Numbered from the stretch's first letter, positions 28,150 to 43,237 are shown. The stretch is DNA of 64,000 nucleotides from Eledone cirrhosa (GCA_964016885.1 OZ024740.1:186062001-186126000); one strand, 5' to 3'. The notes: generated by a model from the letters alone, not told the origin. Numbers and translations: made by a program.

Positions 28150-28360
28150 ACACACACACACATACACACACATATATATAGATATATATATGCACGCGCA
28201 CGTTTATATATATATGCACGCGCGCGTGTTTATATATATATAAATGTAATCTGAGTTTTTCGAATATTAATACTAACATTCGATTCGTTTGCAATTATGC
28301 TAACAAACCTCAATGTTATAGCCATGTCAGTAGAATGGACCCTTCATTCTTGTTCTTGTG

Positions 28361-28440
28361 TTGGCATGTGAACAGAACTGCAGACACTAATGTTTCTGGG
28401 TATCACCCATCATCAGTACAGCTCACTGTTCACCTGCCAA
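28361..28440 (-). ncRNA. Complete type I HHR with extended, bulged stem I
   Basis: UUGGCA-g-GUGAACAG-ug-AGCUGUA-CUGAUGA-U-GGG-ugaua-CCC-A-GAAACA-uuag-UGUC-UGCAGUU-CUGUUCAC-a-UGCCAA. Confidence 0.88.
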
Positions 28441-28766
28441 AATATCAGAGCTAGTGAAAATATATGCTATTTTTCAAAATTACACAGTGACTGATCGGCC
28501 TGATTTTCATATTAGCTGACTGGCTGGTCTGTCAGATCTGCATATTAGCAGGTCCACTGATCAGCCAGATTTGCATATCAGTAGACTGGTCAGTCAATTT
28601 CCTGTATACGAGCGATATATTTTCGCTCTACATGGCTGAATACAATAAATCTAATTTGAGTTGTTCGAATATTAATAATAACATTCGTTTCGTTTGCAAT
28701 TATGCAAACAAGCCTCAATGTTATAGCCATGTCAGTAGAGTGAACCATTCATTCTCACTCTTGTGT

Positions 28767-28823
28767 TGTACTGATGAAGGGTGATACCCTGAAACATTAG
28801 TGTCAGCAGTTCTGTTCACATGC
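28767..28823 (+). ncRNA. Inverted, 5'-truncated copy of the same HHR
   Basis: UGUA-CUGAUGA-A-GGG-ugaua-CCC-U-GAAACA-uuag-UGUC-agcag; 5' strand of stem I truncated. Confidence 0.65.
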
Positions 28824-28918
28824 AAACGAATAATTGCAAACGAATCGAATGTTATTATTAATATTCGAAAAACTCAGATTACATTTATTGTATTCAGCCA
28901 TGTATAGTGAACATTTTC

Positions 28919-28969
<51 letters not shown>

Positions 28970-29151
28970 AGACCTTGAGATATATACACAAAATAGATAT
29001 ATAATGTTCTAAATTTTGAATGAAAAAAAGTAAGATGATATTCATATTTCTAAATGAGTCGGATACATACATAGGAATTTGAATAATATAGATACGTTAA
29101 CTGCAGACGGACTACAGTTCAAGAGTGTAAAAGAAGACCATATAGCTAGAG

Positions 29152-29428
<277 letters not shown>

Positions 29429-29437
29429 AGTTACATC

Positions 29438-29595
29438 GGTGGCGAAATTACAGAGTCGTTAGAACGTCGGAAACCATACTTCCCGTTATCTTATCCCGTT
29501 ATCTCTGTGATTTCAGTTCACATCCCGTTGAGGTCGCATTTATCTTTCACCTGTTCGGGGTTGATAAATAAATTACCAGTCCATTACAGGGGATG
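29438..29595 (+). mobile_element. Decayed SINE family 1
   Basis: GAGTCGTTAGAACGTCGG...GTTCACATCCCGTTGAGGTCGCATTTATCTTTCACC...GATAAATAAATTACCAGT. Confidence 0.65.
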
Positions 29596-30073
29596 ACTCT
29601 TCTTCTACACCTCTTTATCTTTTTCTCTGACTACAAAAGGGTCTAGAGTGGCACCCCAACAACTAGCTGCAGCAGTTGCGGGAATATGATTGATGTGATG
29701 ATTATATTCTCGCTCCGTTTCAATAATTTCTAACATCGGTATTATCACTACAAATATACTGTAACAGACTTGCAGGTGAGATCGATGATGTAATACCAGT
29801 CATTACTGATTAGATTTTAATTGACTGTTTTCCGTTTGATAAATGTTCAGCCATGAATGGCCATGCACAATTGGTAGGTAAAACCCGATACAATCATTGT
29901 TGCACATATAAAAGTTGAACGAGGATGTACACACTCCTAAACAACAAAAAATAACCACGAACTAAGCTTAACACATTTGAATGTAATTTGTATATAACTT
30001 ATGTAATCTAACTATTCTGTTCAAGAAAATGTTTTTATTTAACATATAAAGAATATACACACAAACACATACA

Positions 30074-30182
<109 letters not shown>

Positions 30183-31895
30183 GTATGTGTGTGTGTGTGT
30201 GTGTATAAATATGCCGGAGTTATTTTTAATATTTCATAGATGGTCTATCTCTATATTAGAATGTATAATTAAATGATATAACTTCTTTCTTCGCTTCAAA
30301 TTATAAAACAACAGAAAATATCCAAACAACTACTTCTACAGACAGAAACTATCCATTGAGACAAACTCCAGAATGAAATGGTTAAATATATATACTTCGA
30401 AAATGTTTAATCAATTTAATCTTGTGAAGTAAATCGATTCATAAGTCCAAATAAATATTCAATTAGAAAGAGTACAGGCAAAACATTACTAACAATGCAT
30501 GATAGTTTTTTGTTTTATTTATATATTCATTTATTCGATAATAAATATCAGAAATTTACAGGCAAACACAGTCAACTCCAGCAAACAAACATATATAGAA
30601 ACATATATTTTACAAATAAATATCACGCATATGTATAGATAAACGTTGGTACACATACAGAAGAACTTTTAGGCATTGTGTGTCTTCATGCATGAGTTGT
30701 AGAATGACTTTGTGTGTAAATACACACTAAAGCTTTTTCTCGTGTGGAAACAATATATCTGTCCAATATATAATTGCAGAATTTACTGAAATTAAGAGGT
30801 TTGTGCCTATAATTTTTTCATATATTTGAGATACTTATATGTGCGATCAAGAGAGATTCTGCTTAGTCACAGGAACTGCTAGAGATAGCAAATATATCTA
30901 AAATTGCACTTAAAAAGAGGAAGAACTACTTGGATACGGAAATCGTGTTTACGTTAAAAATAAAAAGACGGCTTTAGTCAGGGCTGACCTGGAACTAAAC
31001 AATGACAACTATTAAAACGACATAAATGTTTATCCTCAATATATGTGTTTCACTCACAAAGTTGGCTTAAAAACCATTGATACTTACATAAATATGAAAT
31101 AGAAAACTATAAACAATATTAAGTAATGAGAAAGAGGGGAATGGGTAAAGTAGGGCAGATCTCCCTTTGTCTACCGTTCTACCAACTGAGCTACGTACAT
31201 GTGTGAAGGAGTCCCTATGAGGCCATTCGTCATGCAAGAATTAACATATTAACCTCTCACTCTCTTAAAATACACACTTTAGTTTTTTGTACGCATTGAA
31301 TATTAAAGTTCGGTATACTCTTTCGCTGAATAAAACTTGTGATAAGGAAGGCTAAAATGTTCATAGGTCAGTTAGATTATGGACAGCCTAGGACTAAATA
31401 ACATCGAATCCTATTCAGTGTTTTATGTATTCTTTTATTATTTTACTGATTTCGGTCACTGTATATTTGTGTCTTAAATATATTTTTCTCTTTTTACCGC
31501 TTTATACATATTTTCGCAGCAATATGTATTGGCCATTTGTTAAACACATGTTCCCGATGAATATTCATTACTTTCCCATTATGTAATATACTAGACAGCA
31601 AACGCCGTCACAATTGACGACGATTCACATATTCATTAAAAGTTTATCATATGCATGACGCATGTAAAAGAATAATAAAAAGAGAACTGTACGGAGTTTA
31701 ATACCACGGGGATGGACGGATTGGAGTAGAAGAAAGGGTAGGTTTCCCAGATGGGTGGATAATTGACTATTGGTATCCTTCTAAATATACGTGGTTAGGA
31801 AATTAACGTATGCCATTGTATTAACGTTGTCTGCTTCAATGTAAAGAATGTTACTTTTTCTCACTTCGGCTTTCTATCATTCTCTCACACTACTT

Positions 31896-31900
<5 letters not shown>

Positions 31901-31981
<81 letters not shown>
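31901..31981. repeat. (CT)n microsatellite
   Basis: Direct inspection. Confidence 0.98.
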
Positions 31982-31984
<3 letters not shown>

Positions 31985-32307
31985 TCACTTTAGCTCTCTC
32001 TCTCCATCATTCTATCTCCTTCATTTTTTCTATCTGGATAATTGTCTCCCTTTCCCTGTCTCTCTGTTTCTTCTTCCTAGTAATTGATGTCAGCTTCTCT
32101 GTTTTTCTTCTTCATTCGTTTTTTTTAGGTTTCTCTTTCCTGCACTTTCTTTCTACCTTACTCTACTTCTGTGTCTATTAACCCCCCCCCTTTCTCTCAG
32201 GACAGCAGCAGAGGATCTATGGGAAATAGGAAAGAGTATTCGATAGTAAAGTGAACATGATACACGCGCACACACAAACGCGCACGCACACACAATACTC
32301 TTCTTTG

Positions 32308-32341
<34 letters not shown>

Positions 32342-32599
32342 CATGCACACCCACACACATATACACTCAAACACACACACACACACACATATGTATGGGT
32401 GTGTGTGTGTGTGTGTGTGTGTGTTTGTGTGTAGGTGTGTGTTGTGTGTGTGTGTGCAAAGAAGAGTATTTGGACGGACGGAGAAAGTGAGAGAGGCCGG
32501 AAAGCGAGGGGCAAGGTGAGACAATATGTAGGAAATGGATAACAATAGAAAATAAGATTTTAGTGAATATAGAAACATAAATATCTGCATGTAGATATA

Positions 32600-33150
32600 A
32601 GATTTGGAGACGACATTGATGAACTGGCAAGAAAAAAGGAGTAAGTGACCTAGTTATTTACGCCGATAACATCTCCGCCATGTTCGGAATGGAATTCTGG
32701 GCCAAATAGATTGAACTCATGAAAAACCCCAACGGTGTCATCAATACAGACGTCTATACACAATGTCAAAACCTAAATACTGTATAACAGTTTAAATCCC
32801 TAGAGGTGATCATTAATAATAAACAATCAAGCGAAGAATCCCTTAGGAGAACCGTCCAGATAATTTCTGCATTAACCGATTCAACCCAATATGGAAAGAT
32901 ACCATCCTTAACTTGAAGACCAAGATCTGCGTGCACTGTAGCTCGCCATCTTTCTGTATAGATGAAAGACATGAGCCCTCACTGCAAAGTTACAGAGTAT
33001 GATATGGACACTAGAAATGAAATGGTACTGCAAGACTGTAAAAACTGTTTACTTATGAAGCATTGGGACAATTTGAAATTCGAAATAAGGTATGCGCAAA
33101 AGAAGTACACAGCTCACAGCTTACAAATACGAGATGGCGTAGGTTGGAAC
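32600..33150 (+). mobile_element. Possible decayed LINE RT fragment
   Basis: YADNI (YADD-like) at ~32659 in purine-rich coding-like sequence; little other support. Confidence 0.3.
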
Positions 33151-33627
33151 AAAGATAGAAACTGAGGAGGTCACAGAATGTGTGACGAAAGCGATTTGAC
33201 AATCAACAACTAAACAACAATCCTGTTATCATACTATCCGACTGTCAGTTTATAATAATTTGAATTGAAAACCACCATCTGCGTGTGTTTTTATTGGCAG
33301 CATGACTCTCCCAAATTATGACAACATCTATTCCAATACACGTTTTAAATAGGACATCTTGCGACATACAGATGTTTCATTTCCGAAGTAGAATTTATTA
33401 TTATTCTTTAATAAAGGGTATGTGATGAGTTATGTCGCACTGAAGTTTTACCTGTGTACTCACAGGGTCATCAAACTAGAGCCATGTCTCGCCATGACTA
33501 TGATACAGAATATATATATTTATATACACATATATAAATATAAATATATAAACAGATTTCTATATATTTATGTGTGTATGTATGTATGCATGTCTGTATA
33601 TGTACATATATATGAATATATTCATAT

Positions 33628-33677
<50 letters not shown>

Positions 33678-33678
<1 letters not shown>

Positions 33679-33845
33679 ACACAGGAATTGTGGTAAGGAA
33701 CCGGATGGACCATAACGCACTAGAGTACTCAATACTTAGGGTAGTAGAGTGGGAAATAGGAAAAAGTCGACGGCTATTTCTGGACTTAGTCCAGAATGAG
33801 CCGTGGAAACGGCTTGAGCTCTGCCGTCGGGGACATACCTTTTCA
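33678..33845. mobile_element. TA-embedded copy of the 12479 family
   Basis: 33685-33765 is the reverse complement of the 12545-12630 tail; followed by GAAACGGCTTGAGCTCTGCCGTCGGGG. Confidence 0.75.
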
Positions 33846-35224
33846 TATATATATATTTCCATATGTATATATATATATATATATATATTTACATATACAA
33901 GTTAAGCTTACGACGGCTATGTATTCTAATTGCAAATGAAATATAAATGAGCTTTATGCAGAGATCAAAATTTCATCTTCATTGGATTACCCATGGCATT
34001 ATACAGATCTGCAGTATATTAATTGCCTATCACTCGGAATTTGATGCAATTGTTCGCCAAGGAAAATCATCTACATGATTGCTTTTAATACTGGAGAGGC
34101 TGGTAACCAAGCGATTCTTTAGAGTGATAGTTCACTGTCCAACAATTCGGTCTGTTCTATGATGACAAATATATTTGTCGCCAGATCTATGATCAATAAA
34201 CCAATAGCGCACAAATGCGGATTATTTGAAATTAGCCTTGGGAAAATGCAAACGTAAACTTTACTTTCCGTAAACTAACGATCAGTTTGAGCAATTGATA
34301 TTCTGTGTGGTGATATAATTCTAAACCGTTGCTCTCTAAGTATCTGATATATTGATAGAAAGCAGATTAAGAACACTGAATACCACCTTCAAAGTTCTTG
34401 ATCACTATATTATGTAGTTGGATGCTGGATATAGGATAGAATGTACTATATTTCAGACGGAAAACTATGTTTGTATTTATGTATATATTCTTCTATGTTT
34501 CCGTCAGTGGGTTGCGGCTTTTCTCTGACATTACTGTAAAAGGGTTTTAGTAAACCGTATCAAATCTTGTATTCTTTTCAGTCTTCTGCATAGTTTCTCG
34601 TTTTCTATAAATCGAAAGGTTGCATTTTAACATAAAAAGATATAAATTTATCACACCACTAAACATAAAAACAAACAAAAACACGGATACGGTGTCCATA
34701 GAATTCGTCTTCCATATTTCACTAACATAGCATTGCTCAAGTCGAGGCTACAATACGAATTAGTTGCTCACGCTAATGTACGTTGGAAAAGATCCTCTAA
34801 TGCGAAGTAACATTTTTAAGCGGAGACATGAGTTTATATATTTTTGTCATTTATAATATATGAGAATTTATTATAGTGAAACAAGTCATCTGATATATAG
34901 TTAGAACATTCTACACAGTGGCATAAATAATCTGAAAGAGATTCAGATAACATCAACATATCTGAATTTACCAAAAGGCCCCCAATTCTCTGAGAACTTT
35001 CGAAAAGTACTTCGCATGATGTTGAAGTTTTTTTTATTGCTGTTGTGTCTGTTGTATAGTCCATACTGTCTACATAAATCTCTATAAGGAACCAAATGGA
35101 ACGATGGTGCTGTAGCGGTTCTTCAAACAAATATCAGCGTCGTTTGAGAAATAAAACTGAATAACTGAATTCAAACATGATCTTATCTTTTGCAATCAAA
35201 AATCATAAAAGTACAATATATCCA

Positions 35225-36200
35225 CTCTCTTTTCTTCTTCGTCCACCTATTCCTGAGAGGCCGTGGGGGAAGAGTCCTGAAACATTCATTCCGGCACCAA
35301 ATGATCTGGCTGGACCAGCCATGCTCATGAATATTATTCCACCATCTTCCTCGAGGTCAACCACTGGGTCTTATGTCGGTTGGTTTTACTCATAACATCT
35401 GGCTAGCGATTCTTTCCTGAGAAATTCTGATCACATGTCCATAGTATAGGATCTGTGATCTCTCAATTCGGAAAAGTAGCGCCTCTACCTGGAGGCGACT
35501 TTCTTATCTCCGAGCTACGCATTCTAACGAGTATCGTTACACTAAAGACACATCGGGAAATCTATTTCGGCCACTCGTATTCGCGATCGTATATTTCGGT
35601 CTTTACTTAAGATTGCTGGCCATAATTAGGGGTGGGCACGAATACCAAATTGAAGATAGCAAGTTTTGCAAGATAGCAAGTTTTGCAGCACTCATTCTAG
35701 GTATGCAGCAATCGGCATCAAACACTATGTCGTCTGCATATTCCAGCCGAGTGATTTTATACCTGCCAGTCATAATATTACTTCCAAACCGGCTGCGCAT
35801 GTCTTTCCAGTTCCTGAAAATAATGTACAGGAGAGATGACAGTACGCACTCTTAGCAGAGTCCTACTCCCACCTTAAATGATTTCGATTTTGCACTATTC
35901 ATTCGAACACATATGCGCAGGCATTTGGATAGGGACTTCAAAACAGTAAGAAGCTGTCAATCAATCCCATACTCTCACAAACTTTCACAGCAGGCCCCGA
36001 AGATCTCAGTTATATGCCTTTTCAAGGTCTGCGAAACACGAATATACTTTTTGGCAATACCCCAACAAAGATCTCACGCAATTTGAATATTTGGTTGGCA
36101 ATGCTGCGTCCGGGATGAAAACGGCACTATTTATTAGCTAGCTTGAATTCGACAATCTCCGTGCTTCTCTTTACCAAACACTTATCATAGAGCCCTCTAT
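35225..36200 (-). mobile_element. RTE-clade LINE, RT domain to 3' end, decayed
   Basis: LEYADDIVF; CVLSSLL (QGCVLSPLL-like); RP..RPR..W C-terminal motif; GAAGAAGA tail. Confidence 0.8.
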
Positions 36201-37163
36201 AATTAGAATAATCGAATATATTGAACTATTTGAACAATCTAAACAGTACAATAGTATCGACATATCCTTATATTCCTTGTTACTTATTTTGCTGACTTCC
36301 CTTGAGTACGATGTAACATAGACCTATGCACGGGTTCGGGCTCAATATTAAAGAGACAAGCTATGCAAGTACAGATATTGTGTGAGCATCCAATGCCCAT
36401 AACATTAGAAGGATAATGGTGAGTTTCATTGTTTCTATTTTACAAACGTTGAGATTTAAATTTTAGATTCTACGTAAAATAAATGAACATATTCCACGAT
36501 GTGAATTTAGTGTAGTGTTTTCAGTGTTGATGATAACCATGAATCCTTATTCGTGCTTCAAATTATAATTCTCCTCCTTCAGAAAGAAAGAAATTTCACC
36601 AAATAGTCGTTGTCTTATCGCATTATGAATATTTAGAAGAAACTGCTATTGTCCAAGATAACTTATAACGGATTTTTCTCGTGGCTAAATTATATTTATT
36701 TTTATCAGTTCGACAATGCATACGATTTCATCTATATTGAAAACGGTAAAGTAAAAAAAAAAAGGAAAAAGACTGAGATATCTTTACAACACTGTTAATC
36801 GTACTGAATTAAGTTGGCCAATAAATATTTTTTTCTCGTGAAACTATATCAGACATTGATAATGATGTGGAGGATTCAAAGAAGCAATTCTTCTTACTAT
36901 ATCTCTGATGGAAACTAAACTGCATCCTTTGCAATTCTGCTTCTCAAATTGAATAGAGAAATTCTACAGCAAGGTAGATAAAATATCAAACGTGCAAAAT
37001 TTGATTTCGAAACAGATGCAATTTCCCTCTATGTATATACATTCATTTTTCTGCATTTCAATAATCAATTTAGTGGCAGCTGTAAATATATTCATAATGG
37101 AATGACTTGAAATTTGCATCTCGTATATTATACATATATTATACATATATATGTGTGTGTGTT

Positions 37164-37453
37164 TCATTTTTAGGATGGTTACTGGTTTTTGCGATGCTTT
37201 TTCATACTCCATTATTTCCGGTCACACCTTGTGGCATGGATTTTTGCTGAGTTTCTTATGTGCAACTTTCTTAACTGCAACTGTTATTAACCTCTCTGAG
37301 TAATGAGTTTGAAGTAGGAAAGGTCTGGTGCCAGGTGATGTACCCTTATTTGAAGTATCCGGTTTCTCGCACAGCCCCAGCCACAAGGTTTAGACCGGTA
37401 GAGAATGGAGTATGAAAAAGCATCGCAAAAAGCAGTAACCATCCTAAAAATGA
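37164..37453. repeat. Inverted repeat (~72-bp arms, ~145-bp spacer) abutting a (TA)/(TG) tract
   Basis: TCATTTTTAGGATGGTTACTG..GCGATGCTTTTTCATACTCCATT..CCTTGTGGC versus its reverse complement at 37380-37453. Confidence 0.85.
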
Positions 37454-38144
37454 ACGAAATGATAAGTGCAGCGTATAACATAGTGGCATGTATGCGAAAA
37501 ACACAGAAATATCGTTATGCTGTAACGTAAAAAAGAAAGGCGAGAATTTGTTACAGAATTTCACCACAATCCCATGTGTAGCTGGTAACTAAGTCGGTAA
37601 GTCTAAGGAGTGAATGCGCTTGGGCAGCATGGACTATACTGTGACAAAGGAAACTTTCGTGGAAAAATGTACCGAAAATAGAGCCGTCCACATTCTAATT
37701 CCTCCTGAGATAAATGTATGGTGTGCTCCCATACTAATATTACAAGGGGAAAATAGAGCGGCGCCACTGATTATAATGAATGCAGAGGTTACATGACATT
37801 AGAACATATTCGAGAAGCATGCAATCCATCTCTGCCAGAGTACATTTGTCAGTATAACCCAGATCTGACTGTCTTTAATTAATGAATTACAAAAACAGTG
37901 TAGTACTGTTAATACAATAGAAAACAATAAAAGGCTGCATCATGTCTTCGACAACAGCAGGAGAGGAGCGCCACACAGGCGGGTGAAATAAGAATGCAAG
38001 GTGTGAATAATCTGAAAGTACAGACTGGCCTGAACAAACGTTAGTATTCTAGAGCCATATTGGTATTACTATAAACAATGCACTGAACTTATGCCATACT
38101 TGAACTTGAGTAGGGATTTCTTTTGAAAAGTTAATACGGAGGGT

Positions 38145-38165
<21 letters not shown>

Positions 38166-38190
<25 letters not shown>

Positions 38191-38245
38191 AGATTCAGGA
38201 CCCCGACGATTGAGCTCCAGCCGTTTCGACATCTAAATCCGAACT
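38166..38245 (-). mobile_element. Short TA-embedded fragment of the 12479 family (HHR 3' half)
   Basis: AGGACCCCGACGATTGAGCTCCAGCCGTTTCGAC matches 12489-12522. Confidence 0.7.
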
Positions 38246-38281
38246 ATATATATATAAATATATAACACACACACCGACACG

Positions 38282-38345
<64 letters not shown>

Positions 38346-38352
<7 letters not shown>

Positions 38353-39212
38353 ACTAGAAATTGATTGACATATAAATATATCTAAAATAAACATATGAAA
38401 CAATCACAGGAGATAATTTGTAAAAGTGTCTTAGCACACATAGCTATTTAGGTAACTAATAAAATGTAACTAGAACTTCAAAAATATATACCTTATAAAT
38501 TGATTAATCTTCCTTGTATATATTCCATTAAAGAAATATATTTAACCAATTAATCGATTGGTAAACGACAGTAACCAGATCCTGGATTTTCAACAAGGAA
38601 GAGGACTAACCATCTGTGTTTACGCATCAAATTCAAATAAGCGACTGGCCAGTAACACGTGCTGTATTTACTAAAAAGACACGCATCGTACCAGCTTCGC
38701 CGCAGTTGCGTGAACAGGGTTATCGACAACTAGAAATAGCAGTCAATTCCTTTCAACTGAGTTAGCTCTACAATTAAGGGGCCGTATTTATATATATCCA
38801 TTTAAGTTAAATTAAGGGTGTCATGTCAGAATAGACATGCGCCATATCACCCGTAAAATATGCTCCAAGATTCCAATGAATAGATCCGAGCATTTTATAT
38901 CAACTAGAAATTGATTCACATATACGTATATCTAAAATAAACATATATACAAGGAAGATTAATCAATTTATATGGTATCTATTTTTGAAGTTATAGTTAA
39001 ATATTATTAGTTACCTACATACTTATGTGTGCTTACACACTTTTACAAATTATCTCTGTGATTGTTTCATATGTTTATTTTAGATATATTTACATGTCAA
39101 TCAATTTCTAGTTGATATAAAATGCTCGGATCTATTCATTGGAATCTTGGAGCATATTTTACGGGCGATATGTCGCATGTCTATCTCACATGAAACCCTT
39201 AATTTAACTTAA
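38346..39212. repeat. TA-bounded direct (550-bp period) plus inverted duplication
   Basis: CAACTAGAAATTGATT at 38351 and 38901; 38944-39212 is the reverse complement of [38802-38900] joined to [38346-38522]. Confidence 0.88.
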
Positions 39213-39215
39213 TTT

Positions 39216-39256
<41 letters not shown>

Positions 39257-39882
39257 GGGGTTGTACGATTAGGTAAATACAGAAATACGCATACATTATC
39301 ATTTCTTTTTAGTATCTTGTGTGTATTCTTTACGAGATGAAGTGTTAACATTTAATTACTGATAAGATATTGAGGAACATACTTTCTAAAATGTCTGCCT
39401 CGAAATAAAATGTTCGGAGGTATTAGTGCATAATTGAATTAAGCATAAATTAAAATATTTGCGTCATATTATCAGGAAGTATTTAATTTTGTTTCATTCT
39501 TATTTTTTTCTAATCTATTAGTTGTGTCATATTTGTGCTTCAATGAATGCTATATTGGGAAGCTCACATTTACATCTCGTTCTTACGCACTTCTAATTGA
39601 CAAGTAATGTCATTGTTTGTTGTTGTCATCGTTGATGTTGATGATGGTGTTGGTGGTTTTATGGGGGTTTGTTCTTTTACTGATGCTATTAACTTTTACA
39701 CTGTTTGTTTTCTCTTGCAATTGGTTTCAATGTCTGTAAATAAATAATTATTTTAAAACGTCAGTCTTATGAAAACGCCAAGTTGTGCTTAATGCAATAT
39801 CCTTTAAACGTTTTCAAATAGCAAATATTTATTTTTGTCTCTTCTCATCTCTCTGTATCTTTTCATCTCCATCTCACTATCC

Positions 39883-40090
<208 letters not shown>

Positions 40091-40479
40091 CTCACTCGTT
40101 CTTGCTCTCTGTATCTATCAAACAATCTGCCGTTGCACATTTTCGCACTCTGGTTTAAAATTTACGATCGAATTCTTCGAGAAAAATCTAAGATACTGAT
40201 TTAATAATGCATGAGTGTTCCAAATTTCTTTCAAAGCCAAGTGTTTTGAGCAGAATTAGATTTACATTAATTTCAACACATTGAAATATTTATTTATGAT
40301 GAACACCGAAAGAAAATTAAAAGAAAACAAATAAACAAGCAATTAAAGGACAAAAAATTGCACGCATATTTTAAAATTTAATAAATATCTAATTTTATTT
40401 TAAGAAAATTGTTTTGCCTAAAATTCCTGAAATGCTTAAATTATTGTTATTATTATTAAATGAAACTTTTATTGCTAAA

Positions 40480-40485
40480 ATAATG

Positions 40486-40541
<56 letters not shown>

Positions 40542-40620
40542 TATAATGCTTTCTTTATTAACCACAAGGGTTTACACAAAGTAGACATTAAGGACAGTAC
40601 AGGACGGTACAAATGGGCAT
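40480..40620 (-). mobile_element. Probable LINE 3' end with (TTA)n tail
   Basis: Minus strand ...CCCTTGTGGTTAATAAAGAAAGCATTAT followed by the (TAT)n array 40480-40545. Confidence 0.4.
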
Positions 40621-41149
40621 TTCTGCGTGTAAAAAAAAACAAAAAAAACACAGGATGTAATAAAAGAACAATGAAAAAAAAAGAAATTATTATTATTATT
40701 GTTGTTATTTTTATTATTATTATTACTATTATTATTATATTATTATTATTATTTTGTGCCAAAATTAGAAACAATTATTATTATTATTATTTACTTACTG
40801 TGGGAATAAGAAATAGTTTGTTACATTCAGTTGCATCTCTTATTTACAGCTGTTCTCCTATATTAATTTATTTATGTCAAAGATTAAACAATCTAGCAGG
40901 TGCAAAGTGTTTCTTAATTCCAATATATATTTTTATCATCGGTTTGTTGAATAATAATTTGTAACATCAGAAATATTTGAATTAAGGATTAGTCAATTTC
41001 AAATTTACCCAGTACTTGACTGGTACTGTATTTTAGGTTTGAAATAGAGAGGCGAGCTGCGTAGAATTGTGTATGCACTAGTGCACATAAATCCTCTGAT
41101 ATTCTTGTTTTAAAAGATATCCCTATAAGGCTTATGAGCCTTCATGATA

Positions 41150-41305
41150 TGTTTAGGGTTAATAATAGAAGGTTATTATATAAACCCCAGTAATCGACAG
41201 GCACTTCGTTCAACAACGGCTAGTATAACAGATAAAATGAAAGTTGACCTCATCGGGATATATTGCAAGCCATTCCGTCGAATAGTCTGATGATACTGAC
41301 AATCC
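41150..41305 (-). mobile_element. Decayed SINE family 1
   Basis: CCCCAGTAATCGACAGG...AAATGAAAGTTGACCTCATCGGGAT, inverted relative to 47351. Confidence 0.55.
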
Positions 41306-42269
41306 ACCTACTATCAAACAATTTATGTTATATGTACATGTAAAATACTGAGGTTCTACAACAATGGGATATTGCTGTAGTCTCTTGTTGCCATCCAATT
41401 CCAATATATCTTTTATATATACAGGTGTTTATCATGATTTTATGTTTATGTTTATCCCATTAGTCTGTTGCTATAGAGCAGAAACTATGATCAAAGGCGT
41501 TCTAGCAATAGTGAATATATACCTAACTTATCCAACGTGTTCTTCCTTTGTTGATAAGAATTTAGAGTGTTTTGAATGGCAATTGCGCTGCAGTTTCCAG
41601 TAGGTGAACCGACTGTCTAAAGAAAACATACTTGACATCGTTTTTGTCATTAAGGTATTCATGCAAATGATCATTTAAACGTTCATCGTCGGAATTGCAA
41701 TGTTGAAATATTACACTCTATAATCTGTTTGGATTGTCACATTCAAATGCTTAACCCGTACGTATGGCACCATTTCTATAAGGATATTCACAGTTGTGTC
41801 AATGATGTATGATGAAAATAGAGTACTTATTTTGTTGGTGAAAGAAAGCACGTAGTACATATAACAGTAAATTGCGTTCTACTATAAGATAATACGTCTT
41901 TTAAACATAAATTCCATTATTTTTCACTAGTTATCAAGTCACTTTGAAGTTCCCCCATTTTCTATAATCGAAGTAGTCGTTAATATTTACAAGATTCTCG
42001 TCATCAAAATCACTGTTATTATTTGAAGTTTCATTAGTAAGTAAAATACCGGTACGTTTCCACAACCAACCAAATGTATCATCAACATATATCAACCAAC
42101 ATTCCATAAAAAGTCATATCCTAAAAGAAATGGCAGTGATACATGTTACATTAAAATAATGTATAGCTTTACACTCTGAATTTCCAACTTATGGTTTTTG
42201 ATTTAAACCGACTCAGCTATTATTACGATTAGATCCAAAGATTACAGTAAATTATCAGTGCAGGCACAC

Positions 42270-42426
42270 ATACACACATACGCGCACACACACACATACA
42301 CACGCATATATAACCTTGTGTTGGATTATGTAGGTAAATATACATATGTCTATATATACTATAATAACAATATATTTGCATATATATGCACATCCATTTA
42401 TAAATAAATACATATATGTATGTGTG

Positions 42427-42512
<86 letters not shown>

Positions 42513-42608
42513 TGTGTACATACATACATACATATATATAGCTATACATATATATATATATGAATATGTATATATATATGTACACACATATTCATATATG
42601 TATGTATG

Positions 42609-42697
<89 letters not shown>

Positions 42698-43165
42698 ATA
42701 TATATATACATATATATATATACATAATATATATAAGTATAAGTATTCAAAAATAATCGATACTGTTGTAACGTCATTAGTTATCAAGGAGGCTATAGCT
42801 ATACATGTATCAATATTTGCTAAAGAAAACATCCTTAAACGCTCTAATGGAGCAGTTCTTTCATTGATAATTTTATTTTATTTCATATTTTCAAAATAAC
42901 TCACTCTATAAGTTTTAGGTAAAAAGAGAGAAACAAAAAATGAGATAAACAATATATTTATGCTACATTCGATTTTGTATCCGAAGAACACGTTTCTCTG
43001 ATAAAATAAAATTGCATTCACATACACTTGAGTAAACATATATATATTTACAACCAAATATTATTGTAATGCTGATGTATATGCGTGCGTAGAACACACT
43101 AACACACACACAGATATATGCATACACACACACATACACATACCCACACACACCCAAACACACAT

Positions 43166-43237
<72 letters not shown>

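Larger units (their letters stand above)
28241..28920 (-). mobile_element. Retrozyme-like/PLE-derived element: 405-bp tandem unit plus inverted partial copy, between (TA)n arrays
   Basis: Unit restarts at 28646 (period 405); 28767-28910 is an inverted copy; same family at 56385-57157. Confidence 0.85.
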
